From Lama guanicoe (Eukaryota), in NCBI GenBank assembly GCA_013239625.1, contig MU054323.1:19238819-19302818 (forward strand): DNA of 64,000 nucleotides, in the 5' to 3' direction. The notes beneath the pieces were generated by a model that saw only the letters and a list, made by a program, of their open reading frames with translations, ran no database searches and was not told where the DNA came from. Made by a program: the position numbers and the translations under genes. Below are positions 11,201 to 24,994 of the stretch, piece after piece; position 1 is the first letter of the stretch; each line of letters opens with the position of its first letter.

Positions 11201-13885
11201 CTGTGTTTCTGGAAAGGTTCATTTAAAAGTTGTTTTTACCAGAAACTGGCACACTAGGACCTGATACATGACTATTACAGTGGAATATATTTGTCATTGG
11301 CAAACATGATGTCCATACGAAAGTAATGACTAATTTGAATGGACAGGTAAGCAGTTTTCTTTTCCATTAAAATTAACTTTTATTTATACAGTGGTTAAAG
11401 CCTGTATTTTCTTTATATTCTTCCTGTATTTTGAAACGTATGATCTGAAATTGTAAAGCTCTTAGCAATTAAGGGTAAAGAGCAAGTAAACGTAATCAAA
11501 GGCATCTAGGACTTTTAATAAATTAGAATTTTTTACAGAAAAAAATATTGTGCCTTTTGACAGTGCACACACCGTAAATCAGAAGATAGCATTGACTCTG
11601 TGAGAACTGTAGTACATTTACAGCCACAAAGATTAAATTCTGTCCTTTACAGACTTTCATGCTGATTTCCATGTTCTGCATACTGATTTCCATATATAGC
11701 AAAGAAACGTGCATGTTAGTGATAACTAAGAAAGACAAACGCTGAGCTTAAGCTTATGAAATAAGTGCTGTTCTTGCTATTGCTTGGAAATATTAAGATA
11801 CAAAGCTCTATTTTTAGTGTTGTGAAAACCGCTATCCACATGCCTACAGATTAAAATCTCCAATCTCCTTCTGTTTAAGATACATATACTTCAAAGGACT
11901 ACCATGGAGCTTAAACTTTTGTCCCTCTACAGACTTCAGAACTAAAATCACAGAGGAGTCAGTGAAAGCGTATTTCTGAATCAGTTCACCAAACACCGTT
12001 TCTTTATAGCAGTAATGCCATAAGCATACAAAATGCTGACGGAGAATTCTAAGGAAACCTCCAAATCAGATTAAGTTGGGATGTGATGCCAGTGAAAAGT
12101 AAACAGAATTCTTAGGCCCTAAAGTTAGGGAATCTTTTCTCTGGAGACCTAATAATTTAGGAATCTTTGAATCCAGAGTTGTGCAGACTGTGGAACTGTT
12201 TCCTGTCTGTTAAAAAAAAATGTTTTTAGTCAAAGAATTTCTGATATTCAGTGTCATTTCTGTTCATTCAAAGCACAAGTTTTGTTTTGGTTTGGTTTGG
12301 TTTGGGGTTTGATTTTCCTGTGATCAGTTTCCAAACCCCTAGACTCTCGACTATTACCACACATTCTTTACAAAAGAAGAGGTAAAAAAATGCCCAGTGT
12401 CACAGTTACTAGAATCGTTGCTTTATTTCTGAAGTCAACAACCACATCCTTGCTGTCGATTGTGTCGATCTGCCAGCTGGTGCAGTGAACAGCTCTCAGG
12501 GCCTCCCTCAGGCACATGGGTTCCTGAGTAGGTTGATAATTCTGAGACTCTTAAAAGCTCTTATTCTAAAGCATTCCATGAGGATCTCTAGTCACAGACA
12601 CTGACAAGGTTTTGAGTAATATACAAGAATTATGTTGTATTTGTTAGTATCATACAAGATTCCAATCAGTTGAGTATATTGCTTTGAGTCATTTTATATA
12701 AAACTTTAGACTTGACAGCTCAACTTTCATATCCCTTTTCAGGAAATTTGCTGTCTGAATTTTCTTGTCTATGATCAAGGATTTTTTTAAATCAGTATTA
12801 AGTTAAATGTACTCACATCTCAATCCTCAACATATGTTGATAATCCTAGGCAAAGTTTTATTACCTTTCTTCATGCATGTTCATCTGAATAAAAATTAGA
12901 ATACAATTTGGTTGTAAACAAAAATCCATTTAAAGTTTGGTAATTCATACAAGGACACTGACACTAAACATAATAAATAGAACTGTATGTGCTTTTAAGA
13001 AATACTCATGTTATAATTATGTTCTTTTCTGTTCAATGTTTCCCCTCTTATTCCACAATTATAAAAACAATGTTCTGGATGGATTTGCTTTTGTTTGTAA
13101 TAATTTTAAAATAATTTATTGGTGTCTGGTGAAAAGAGTAGTTTCTGCTATATTTTTTACAAAAAAAAAAAAAAGGAATCCTCAAGGTCGGCTTTAGTAG
13201 TATGAATGCAATATTTGAGGGGGAAAAAAAACTATGACCCAAATGCTCTGAATGAGCTTTTAATGTGAACTAAGATGGATAATTAGTGTAAATGATAAGG
13301 TATGCCACTTCTATTAGGAAAAAGACACCTTCCTTTTGGAGAATGAGATATTTCTTTTATTCTGTTTATATTCAAATACCAAAAAGGGACAACATTTTTA
13401 TCACAGGTGTATGTGAATCTGCATAAATGGTGGGATGAAATACCAAAATCATTCTGACAGAGTGAAAAGTAGGACATACTAGAATTAATGTTGAGTATAT
13501 AATTATCATGTTTATCATATTTTCAATGACATGAAGTAAACAACTATGTTTAGACCTACATCTGTTTCCAATAACACAAAACAGTGCTGTTGCTAAAATT
13601 ATTCTCGAGGAGCATACTGAATTCTGAAGAACATAGCTGTTTCTTAGATTTCTCAGTGAAGCCATCTATCTCAGGTGTTAGGATCTGCCACTCCGATTTT
13701 TTAAAAAAAACCTTTAAACTCCAACATATCTTTGTCTTTCTGAAGACTGACCTACTCCCACTAAGGAAAAGGAGAAACCTTTTTGTTCCCCTGCTTTCCC
13801 AAGCATGATAACTAATGATGTGAGTAGTTACTATTATTATTACTACTATCATTATTGCTTCATCTTCCAGGAAAAGAAAATTCAT

Positions 13886-14210
13886 TAAGAAAAGACAAAT
13901 GAACTTACTTGAAAAACCAGAAACAGACTCACAGACATGGAAACTCACATTATGGTTACCAGTGGGGGAAGGGGGTGGGAAGGGATAAAATGGGAGTTCG
14001 AGATATGCAAATCCTAACTATTATATATAAAATAGATAAACAACGTGTTCATACTGTACAGCATAGGGAACTACGTTCAATATCTTATAGTAACCTATAA
14101 AGAAAAGGAATATGAAAATAAATATATGTATGTACTATGACTGAACTACTATGCTGTACACGAGAAACTGACACAACATTGTAAATTGACTATACTTCAA
14201 TTAAAAAAAA
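13886..14210 (+). mobile_element. Lineage-specific L1 3' end
   Basis: Same 3' UTR as 7900-8250 (gaaacagactcacagacat, gggaagggataaa...gagatatgcaaat, gactatacttcaattaaaaaaaa). Confidence 0.92.
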
Positions 14211-17199
14211 ACTTTTATATTGTGTATGTTTCATCTGATATACATTTTCTATTCTTTTTCATTCAACCTTTCTTTACCCTAATGTTTTAGGTATGGTACT
14301 TATAAATATTGATCATCTGAAATTTGTTTTTTAACACAATTTGACATTTTTGTCTTTACCACATCTGGTCCATTTATATTCATTTTAGTTTCTTATATGT
14401 TTTCAGTTTCCTACTATATTATTTTGTTTTCTCAAGGTTCCTCTTACCTTTGTGAAGCAGGATTTCCTCCTAGACTCCCCACTCCTGATTCCACATCCCT
14501 TAATTCATACAAATTGAATCTCAAATCCACAGGGTTTCACAGATGCTCTTCAGAGAAAGCAGGTCTTAGTGCTCAGATCATCTCTGTTACCTTTTTCATT
14601 CAGTTATTTAGCCTCTGATTATTTGTACATGCTTGCCTACTCCTGATTCATTTTAAAATGTGTTAACCCAACATTTTGTTGTTTTCATTGGGAGGATCAG
14701 TCTGGGTATCTGTCTCGCCTTACTGCCAAGCAAGAGGCATCACTATGAATTTTTCATAAATGTAAACTCACAGATCGGCAATGTGGAAACAAAATACTAT
14801 CATAATTATATCTAAGTAAACTTTGTATCTGCCCCTTAAAAAATTGGATGACTTTGCCAACCTGTCCACCATTGTCAATATCATTACTCTGGTATAAATA
14901 AAGCTATTAATTGTTTCTTGGAAAGAATTTCTTCCAAGAACCATAGAAGGTCAAAATCTGTGAACTCCTCAAAACTGCAAACTTTCTCACTTAACACAGA
15001 AAACATTTCCTGTAATAATTCATGGCATGTTGTAGGAGATCAACAGATGTTTCTCAAATAAATGAATGAATGAATGTTTACATTATGCCCTTACTGATGT
15101 AAAATGACTACTTTCTGTCAAGCCATTTTCCTGTGTATTTTTCTAACTCCTTTTTAAATCTAGCCTGTCTTTATTTTCTAAATAACATTCAGTAAAAAAT
15201 TGTTTTCTCCCTAAATGATTATTTTTGCCTTAAAATTCACTGTTGGTATTTCAAAAATTACCGGTAAGCATGTTAACTGGTGCTGGATATTTGCAATGTA
15301 GTGTCTTAGAGCAGAGCGAAAAATTTCACTGAGCTTTACTTCTCAAACACCAACGTTTCCCAATATGAGAACTGCCTTTGTTTGTTTCATCCCTGGTAGT
15401 TCTTTTTGTCAAATCATTTCCACATGTGTCATTCATCATTACTCCCAAATGTAGAGCACTTTTCCTCTATAGTGATCGGTTTGGTAATATAAAGACTACA
15501 GACAGAAATAGGGTGACTTAAATTACTTTAAATAGTATTGCCACAGATTAAGTTTTGTGATGTCATCACCATATGTTGTACTATTTTACAAGATCTAAAA
15601 TAAGCTATTTGGGTTAATGTTGACAGTATTATTCTATACTTAGCATAATCTGTCCTGAAACATTCTTTAGCTATAAGATTTCTGGAGCAATATATTCTTC
15701 AAAAAAAAAAAAAAGCCATGTCCTTGTATAAGGTTAGTAGAGACATTCTGACAGTCTATCAGGCAGGCTCCTTTTCTTGCACAGTATTCCCAGTAGCCTC
15801 ATTTTGCTTTGTGCAAAATGTAATAAGGAAAGGTAGTCTTTAAACACAACACTTGGTGATACTGAGGGTTTTAAAATTTCCTTCAGTGCCTGAATTGTAT
15901 AAAATCTTAGAAGACTTCCTCTGTCTGTTCATCATTGTACTTCTTGGTTTATATTATATTGATTTTCCTACTCTAAAATAAGATTAGGAAATTCTTAAGA
16001 ACAGTTTATTTTCAAAGATAATTACTGACATTGTATGTCCTACCAGATGTAGAACTGCCATAGTTTAAGCCTGGATCTGTGTATAGACCTTTCTTTGTGC
16101 CACTGAGCCATTTACCTCTGTCAACACCACTATACCTGCATGTTTACTAATAGCAATGTCATGGACTGTGTATATTTATCGAGTTTTTGCTTTTCAGGAG
16201 TTATTTCACGGAACACTCCCAAGTAACATTAGCCTTTTTCCCCCCATAGCTAAATAAAAGAACCATGATTCAAAACCAATTTTCTTAGACTCTAGAGTCA
16301 GAGTTCCAAACTACAATACAACCACTCGCTGTTATATAGTATTAATTTCGGGTTTTAATAAGGGTTTTACACAAATGATCAATTTTATCAATAGTACCTA
16401 CTATTTAAAGCTTTTATCAGGATTCAAAAGGAGAGAATTGTCATCTAGACTTAACACAAAAAGATCAGCAATAAAAGGTCAAAATCACACAGGTGGGGGA
16501 GTTGAAGTAGAACCTAGTTTGTCCAGATGTTGTGCTTTTAACCACCGTCCTCCCTCTGCTGTAGGCTTGCTCAGTATCAATCCGGTTTAACGGATGGTAG
16601 CATAATGAGAATGCACCTGAGGGTCTAGCCCCTAATTTTCTTAGATTTCAGTTCTCTGTGAGCTGAGGGTGAACTAGAAATATCTAAATACCATTCTAGC
16701 TATGTAATTTATGCTTCCAGGTTCTAGATCACTTCAAAAATAATTAAAATATGCCAAAAACTAAAATATGCCATAAATAACTTTATGTGTTTGTTTTCAA
16801 CATTGTTGCCATTGCATTGTAGGAAACAGTGTGCTTCATTTTTCCTTTGTTTCAATTACAACAATCTTTTTACATCATGCCTATTGCTAAATTTTAAGTT
16901 TTTGACCATACCGAACTAAGTAAACAATCAGATCTGGATTATAAAAGGCTAGACAGAAATTATAGCAAAAGAAGACACTCCACTCTTACAAATATTTAAT
17001 TTGCCCTTTAAAATGGATACAACTATTCAGTTCTGCTTCTATTTCACTTTCTAGCTTGAATTTGTGCCTATAAAATTATATAATTCATATTGCTTAAATC
17101 TTTAAAACATGAATTGAGTCTTTAGTGCCTTTCTAATCGAGACAGAAAGAATTTGGGATTGACATAAGAACCTGTACTGTACTTCCCAATATTACATGT

Positions 17200-17635
17200 T
17201 AGCCGTAACCAGATAAAAATTTGTCCTGTTGTAAGCCATCAAATTTATGGCAATTTGTCACAGAATTCCCCAGAAAATTGATACAGCTTGATAAGGCATA
17301 TTTCCTTTCCCTCCTCTTTGTAGTTGTATTTCCCAAAATACAAATAAGTAAAACAAAAATAACAACTCTGCCCTAAGTGCAACATAGCATAATGGATTGG
17401 ATCCTGGAACAAAAAAGGGCATTACTGGAAAAACTGGAAAAAAATCCAGATCAAATCTGTAGTTTAGTCAACAGTAGCATACCTGTGTTAATTTTTAGTT
17501 TGACAACTGCAGCATACTTACGTATGATGCTTAATATTAGGGGAAGCTAGGTGAATAGTACAGGAAATCTCTGTACAATCTTCGCAACTTTTCTATAAAT
17601 CTAAAATTGTTCTAAAATTTTAAAAATTATTTAAC
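17200..17635 (+). mobile_element. MLT1 3' fragment (about 17200-17285) followed by an old L1MC/ME 3' end (about 17370-17635)
   Basis: tgttgtaagccatcaaatttatggcaatttgtcacag; then ggattggatcctggaacaaaaaagggcattactgga...ctctgtacaatcttcgcaacttttctataaatctaaaattgttc. Confidence 0.7.
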
Positions 17636-17944
17636 AATAACTTTGCTACACTTAGTACCAGGACAGGATGTTACCTACTTGAATGTCAATCAGACAAAAA
17701 AAATTGTTTTTAGTTTTCCTATGCATCAATCATTCTAAGTTTGAGAAAAAAATCTTTAGGTTGTGCAGGATTTAGAAAATTTTGTCCAGAGTGGTTCTCC
17801 ATAGTGACCCAAAAAGTGGCATCAGGTATGAATTTCACACTTAGCTAGACTATCTTTATTAGGAAACCAACTAACTTATTTTCATAGAGCAACCCATTTA
17901 TTTAAAATAAAGCCTCAAGACTGAAATCAGGAAAACCATGACAT

Positions 17945-18150
17945 TAGTAGTAATCTTACATTTTTGATAACATCTAACATTTATTGAAAATTTCTTAAAC
18001 ACCTTAATTTACTTGAATGGAGTGCCACATTTAATCCTCCCAATGCCACTTGCCATCATTTTTCCCTTAGAAACTGAGACTCAGAGAGGTTTAATAAGAC
18101 GATCTTCTAAGTGAGTGAGAGTCAGGTAATGAACTTGAAACTTTCTAATC
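17945..18150 (-). mobile_element. MIR SINE
   Basis: catttaatcctccc...gaaactgagactcagagaggtttaa MIR core, antisense. Confidence 0.6.
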
Positions 18151-18374
18151 CACCAAAACCTACCAATTTAGCTTCATAGAATAAAAGTGGATTAAAGATG
18201 ATCCAGTTATTTTGTCACATCTACAGACAGAATTTTCTTCCTCCTCTGGTTTGTGTGGCACGTTCACCCTTTATACTTTGGCCATGGTGACTTTAACTTG
18301 TTAACATGTGAACTTTAGTTAACTGCAATGTGAAAAAGTCCCATGTACATTGACCTTGGCAAAAGAAAGTGACC

Positions 18375-18895
18375 CAAGTGTGCTAACCTCCTTCTGCCCC
18401 TCCAAATCCATTGTCTACTGTCCGTACTATTCTTTGTCTCAAGAAGCTGACTTCAGCAGACTGCATCCCTGGGTTTCTGATCGGTTTCAGCCAATAGAAT
18501 GTACAAGCAGAAGACAGAGATTGGATTATATTTCCCCTCTGCTCACTCTCTGTCCAGCTACTGTTCTGGTCTGCCTAGTCTGAATAGTATCTCTGGTCAC
18601 TGCCCCTTTAGGCTAGCCCCTCTCCTACAGTCAGAGCTTCTGTCAAGTTTTGGTGACAGCTTCTTGCTCTGAAAATAGTTACTACAGTAAATTTTTTTTT
18701 TGGATGGGGGGACATAATTAGGTTTATTTATTTACTTGTTCTCTTAGAGAAGGTACTGGGGATTGAACCCAGGACCTTATGCATACTAAGCATACAGTCT
18801 ATCACTTGAGATTTACCCTCCCTACTTACTAAATTTTTTCTAGTGTCCTTTGTTTATCATGTTATCTGCTTCATTAGGAGACCCTGATTAATACA
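18375..18895. mobile_element. ERVL LTR (LTR33-like), interrupted by a SINE
   Basis: tgcccctccaaatcca...ggtttcagccaatag...atatttcccctctgctc...ggagaccctgattaataca. Confidence 0.6.
18692..18822 (-). mobile_element. Camelid tRNA-derived SINE (Vic-1-like)
   Basis: Reverse strand reads gggagggtaaatctcaagtgatagactgtatgcttagtatgcataaggtcctgggttcaatccccagtacc...aaataaataaacctaattatgtcccccc plus A-tail; pol III B-box GGTTCAATCC present. Confidence 0.85.
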
Positions 18896-20779
18896 TCCAA
18901 CATCAGATTAACGGACAATAGCCCTTTGTCTTCCTCCAGTGTAAAGCTCCGTGCATTTTTAACTCGTACCCTTGTTTAACAAGAGGGCTTCTTTGTATTG
19001 TCTTTGCAGTTAACCATCAAATTAAAATAAGTTCCTCTTCTTTCAATTTATGGGTTTTTCCCTCAGTTTTAAGCAAAATTTCAATAAATTTAATTTCATT
19101 CCTTTGGGATATCAAGGTATTTTCATAAAAAATACTCTTCAATATCCTTGTATAACACTGCAAGAATTATAATCATATTTGACAACTGATGTTTATGTCC
19201 CCTTGACACGAATTATTGCCATTTCTGAGCTCAGCAAAAAGTTTCCCTAGATATGGATTGAATGTGTATTATTTTCAATCTTCTAGGTTCCCCCAAAGGT
19301 CCAGTTATATCAAGAAAATGCAGAATCCCAGACATATTTGGAAAAATATGTTGCCAAATCAAAGCTAATCAGGATAAACATCTGTCTTCCAGATACATGC
19401 AACACTGTATTAAATTGGTAACATTATATCTAAGCAGTGATGTGGTTTTCTATGGCTTTTAGAAGACTGGAACAAGCCTAAGGATTCTTTCACTGGACTA
19501 TGTTTCATTGCTTTTTCAAAAATAAAGAAAAAGCATATCGTCAATTTAGGAAATAAAGAACCCTGTTAACCCTAATTTTTTAACTAGTTATGGAAGTTCA
19601 TTTGACAATAAACTGTTTCTTTCTAGATGTTTCTTATTTCCAAGATAGTTAATGAAAGCAGAGTCATGATTATCAAGAAAAGATGATATTGTTCTGAGCA
19701 TTATAGTGAAACTACTCTATTTACCCTCTAACTAATGATAACATGAAGCCATCACAATTAGCAATATATTTAAAACGTAAGCATTTAGGTTATAAAGAAA
19801 AATCACAACATTCTCCCCCATCAGTGTTCACTATAATGTGATCATTTACAAATACTAAACAAAATATTTTTATGAAATTTCTCATTATAACTAAAAAGAT
19901 ATATATCTATATATCATTGAGGAAACGTTTGTTCTTGATACTATGTTAAAATTGGGTGAAATCATAAGTAGGAAAAATGATCAGAATTTAAATACCTTCT
20001 CTAGGTAAAAAATCTTAGAAGTTCAAGTAAATACTAAATAAGGTAACAAGAAAATAATATTTGAAAAAAATTTATGCTATATGGGCATTTCCTTCCATAG
20101 TTAGCTGAAAGTACTGATAATGTTAACAAGGCCTAACACAGCTAGATTCTTTTTCAAAGACAAAATTCAGAAATAACTTGTTTCATAGAGAACTGAATAG
20201 CATATTCGTATGTATTGGGAAAAACCTATTTCTCATTGTAAATAACTCACTTAATGAGAACAATTCGGGGGGGGGATTAAAACATGGAAAAACATGAATG
20301 AGAAGTTGTTTAGACAGAGTTTAAAAGAAACTAATACATGGCCACAGATAAAGCACTCAACACACAGTTCATTTATCAAATCATTTATATCCCATTATTA
20401 CAGTAAATAATTGGCAAGAATATGTAAAATTTTATAGGATATCACTAATGTGGATCATTCTATAAAGAACAAGATCTTTCAAATAAAGTAGAATCTTTAT
20501 AGTGCTGTGCAATATTATGGGAAAGATTATGAAAATCTTTCACATCACACAACTGTACACTGGTTATTCCATGGTAGAGTACTAAAAGATGTTAAACCTA
20601 AAGAGGTATTTAACATTCGATTTTCATAAGAGAAAAATGATTACAAATTTGCTAATTTTTCTGTGCCTATGTTATGCTATCCAGTAGATAAATTGCATAC
20701 AATAAATATGCTTCATCTGTTCCTTTAGCACAACAAAAATATTTTAACAATTACTTTAGAAAAAAACTATCGATATCTA

Positions 20780-22090
20780 CTTCAGATAAGAATGGAGTAA
20801 TACCCTATCAAAATAAGTCTTCATAAAACAACTATAAAATGTGAGCATAATGCCAAAATCAGCAACCTGAAAAAATTGTTTTGGGGAGGAGCATTGTATG
20901 AAGTGAACTCCCATTTTCATGACTTTTAACCTGAGGCCAATTTCAGTAGGTGCAACATGCAAGTTGGCAAAGTGTGCTGATGAGAAAACTGCACTTGGAG
21001 AAATTACAGTCACAGAGAAGAATGGAGGAATCAAAGAAAAATAAGAGAAATAGACGAAATTCTAAAATTCTGTATACCTACTTTCTCACTGGCCTTGGAA
21101 CCACTTATGTGAGAAACAGATTCAAAGCAACTCAGCTAAAGACCAAAAAGTTAAATTTAGATTGAACTTCCTGCCCCCCACAAAGTTCATGTCCAAACAA
21201 GTTAATTGCCTGCTAAACAAAACAAATAATACTCACTCAAGATAAAAACAGAATTTGTATTCTCTACAAATTAATTTTCTCAATGTCCAGAATATAATAC
21301 AAAATTACCCAATGTACAAATGACAAGGGAAATAAAACATATTCAAAAGAGTAAATATCTGAGAATATGGTATGAGACTGACCTGAAGAAGAATTAGATG
21401 TTGGAACCAGGAGACAAGGATTTTAAACTCGCTATGACAATTATCCTCAACTTTTTTTTAAAAAAGAGGAACTATATACTTTCAAAGAATGGAAAGACAA
21501 AATCTCAACAGAAAAAAATAATTTTTGATAAAAAGAATTAATGGAACTCAAGAATGAAAAATGTATTATCTGCAATTAAAAATTTCTTAGATGGACTGAA
21601 CACTTTAATATAAATGACAAAGGAAAGAGTGAGTTAGTTCTTATAGAACAGAAATCATTCAATATGAAAAAAAACAGAAAAAAAGATATAAAACTGTGAA
21701 CAGAACCTCAGGGCTTAGTAGATAGTATCAAACAGTCCAACGTATGTGTAATTGATACTCACAAAGCAAAAACAAAAAAAAGAGAATGGGACAAATATAT
21801 ATTTATTTCACAAAATAATACCAATAATTTCCTAAATTTGTCAAAAGACAAAATTTTAGATGTGAATTATCAGCAAGTATCAAGTAAGTAAATAAATAAA
21901 CCATATTGAGCCATATTGTGGTCCAACTACTGAACATGAAAGATAAAGAACAAAGTCTAAAAGTAGCAAGAAAACACACTCACATTACATACTGGCAAAA
22001 AAGGGGTTTGATTGAAGGTCAAATACTCATCAGAAACTTGGAGGACAGCAGAGAGTGTGAAAGATCTTTAAAATTCTAAAAGAATGTTTC
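20780..22090 (+). mobile_element. Old L1 5' region / ORF1 remnant (L1ME/L1M5-type)
   Basis: A-rich; ttagatgttggaa...gacaaggattttaaa...gctatgacaattat, aacagaacctcagg, aattttcctaaatttg, actcatcagaaac are ORF1-region motifs. Confidence 0.65.
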
Positions 22091-24009
22091 AAAATTCAGT
22101 GTTGGGTATTGCTGTTTGGCTTTGTAACTTCTTTGAAGTCCTAAAAGAGTTTGTTAAAAAATCAATACTGGATGTTGCTGTGTGACTTTCGATATGAAAC
22201 ACTCTCTGCATGTCAACTCTATCTCTCTATGTACAAACAAGTATGTCTATAATACACTGGGACATCTTAGTAAAAGACTAAATTACTAATGCATTAAGAA
22301 ATTTAGTCAATATTCTTCATGCATACTTTGTTAGATAACAGAGGTATAACAGTTGTGGGCAAGGTTGCATAATCATAGAGGAGTTTTTCCATTATTTTCT
22401 GCTGACTCTTGCATTCTCCCAGCCTCAAGAAAAGTCAAAAGACTGATATTTACATTCTGATCTGAATGGATATAAGAAGTTACATAGCTGCTCCTAGAGT
22501 GACTGTCTTTAAAACTTGCGTCTCTGTATATGGAATATCTTATTTCACTCCCAGGATAGCAATTTCCGTTATCAGTACCAGAGGGAAGTAGTTTGAGAAT
22601 AAAAAGTGCTCTTTTCTTGAACCACTGAAATCACTGCAAAAGACCACTGCATTTTCCACATATATGAAAAAACAATGTGTTCAAAGCAGCAAAAGAATGA
22701 TGCAATATTGAAATATTAGAATGTGTTTTTAAAGAGAGCACATTCAACTACTAGTATTGTCTATCATTAACTAATCCAGTGAATAGTTTGGTGTCTCACA
22801 TACATTTACACACACATGCACACACACCCTTATATAAACACATATGTCCCAGGAGTATCAGCAGCTGAGTATCATGCAAATCAAACAAATATATATTCTG
22901 GAGGAAAAATTATGTTTCAACCTCAGGTGAGTGCTGCCAGTATTTATAAAGCAGTTGCATAATGGCTTTTAACTTATGGCAGACATAATGCTATATAGCC
23001 ATTTGAATGCTTAAGCTCTTTCTGATTTATCTGTTTCCAAACATCTACAAGGCCAGAACTGTGAAGCAGCCAAGGAGAGTGAATGTCTGTGTCTAAAGGA
23101 GACAGAGTGTTTTCCATGGAGATAAATTTGAAGACAAAATAGATCAGTATAGAGCATTCCCTTCTGATAGTGCTTTTTATTTTCTTTCTGCTGATTTGCA
23201 AAGGCTCTCTATTTTATGGTTAGAATGATTTCTCCAATCTCTTTAGCTACCAAGTAAAACAAAAATCAAAGGAGTCTTTTCTCTGTTCCTTAAAGATGTT
23301 CTGTTGTTAAACATAATGCAGGCTACATGTAATCATCAGTTTCCAGATTTTCTTTGGAAATCCTTGGGTTGTTGTTGGTTATTCTCATTTTCTTAATGTT
23401 ATAGAAATGTCATTTTGACATCATTTAGAATGGCTAAGGATTCTAAAAAGCCATTTCCTAAAAGAACCAATTACACTGAATAGTAAGAACTAAAGAGAAG
23501 TGTACATTTATATTGGCCAAAGGCTCAGGCCAACGTTTTCAGCCCCTGATATTACTATGTGACTTCTGGGACAGAGCCACACTGCCTGGATTTCATCTCT
23601 CTTCACCTCAAACTCATCCTTAGATGTGGCTATACATATCTCATGTCAGTCCTTACCCAACAAAAAATAACTACATAAAACAGCATGGAAATTTCCACAA
23701 GAGTTGAATAGTCAGGAATATCAGAATGGAAGGTAGGACCTAGAAAATCAGTGATCACATTTCAAATTGCCAGCATCTAAAAATCAATTCTGGAAACACA
23801 CTTTTCTTTTCTTTTTAGAGTTTATAGCCTATATACAACATAACCTCATTTTATATCATTTGCTGTGTTGTCTTTTGTGGTGAACTTACCAAAAGTGTAG
23901 CTTTAGAAAAAAAGTAGTAGTATTATATTTTTGGATATTATTTATGATGACAACATATGCTGATACAGTTTTAAAATAAAAATTATTACAGCTTATGAAT
24001 AAAAGATAT

Positions 24010-24960
24010 TTACATCTTCTGCTCATTCAATCTTTGTAAAAGCCCTATGACACATACAAGGCAGGAACAATCATCCCATTTCATGGATGAAAAAGCTAAG
24101 ACTCAAACAAATGCTCACTGGCTCAACTTCTCTAACCTAATAGGAACTGTAGCAAAAAGTAAAACTCATCCAGTTCTTCTGATTCAAATTCCAGGGCACA
24201 TTAGGAAAAATTGGACCCAAAACTTAGACAGATTTTGCTGGAAACCTAAATCTACTATGTACTATTTGAAAATGAATCTATTATTCAACATTTGAGGGAA
24301 ATTTATGTGATTTCTTTCTGAAGCTCAGACTTACTATCTCTAAAACAAGGATGAAAAAATATTTTCCTTACAGAATTGTTGAGAGAAGTCAATGAGAATT
24401 CAATATACAAATCACCTGACACAAAATATTTACTCAATTACCATAGCTACATCATTATCCCCATTGTTATGTCATCATCATCATCAAGATTATTATCATC
24501 ATCAAAATACACTAACCTAAATAACAACCATGCTTTCTACTCTTTCAATTCAACACATTCCAAAATCATTTCTGATCACTCACAATATTCTAAAAAAAAA
24601 AGTGTGCTAGATGCTGAGAACTGAGAGGTAAATAAGATCAAAGGCTGTCCATCAAGAAGCTGATAGTACTGAGAAATCAGAAAGTTAATAAATAACCAAA
24701 TCCAAGCTTATAAAGGTTGAAGGAAAGAGAAAGAACAGTTAGTTCATCCAAAGACATGGGGGCAAGAATCAACGTAGCCCAGGAGAAGAGAACGTAGGGA
24801 AATCTTTCCAGGAACAATGTCTTGGCTTAGTAAGCCTTAGTATAAATTAAGACCACACCTTTCAAAGAAAGAGGAAAAGGATCTAACAAAGGGATTAACA
24901 GGCACTGAGGCCCAAAAGCAAGGGAGGGCTGATGCCATCTAAGGAGTACTTCACAGTAAC
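24010..24960. mobile_element. Cluster of two MIRs (about 24010-24200 antisense, 24220-24470 sense) and an L2 3' fragment (about 24530-24960 antisense)
   Basis: cccatttcatggatgaaaaagctaagactc; tctgaagctcagacttactatctctaaaacaaggatg...gaattgttgagagaag; tcaattcaacacatt...gtgctagatgctgagaa. Confidence 0.55.
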
Positions 24961-24994
24961 TGAAAAAATTTCAAGGAGAGGAAAGGATCTGTGT

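Noticed and set aside
12500..13260. Estrogen response element upstream of the hypothetical second vitellogenin
   Set aside because: No GGTCAnnnTGACC palindrome seen; only an isolated TGACC half-site near 13235.
18740..18822. tRNA gene
   Set aside because: The tRNA-like A/B boxes belong to the SINE head, followed by the SINE-specific tail and poly-A; no intact cloverleaf.
24465..24505. Ser-run (MSSSSSRLLSSS) as a phosvitin-like remnant
   Set aside because: It is a short (TCA)n run at the tail of a MIR, a common simple-repeat context.
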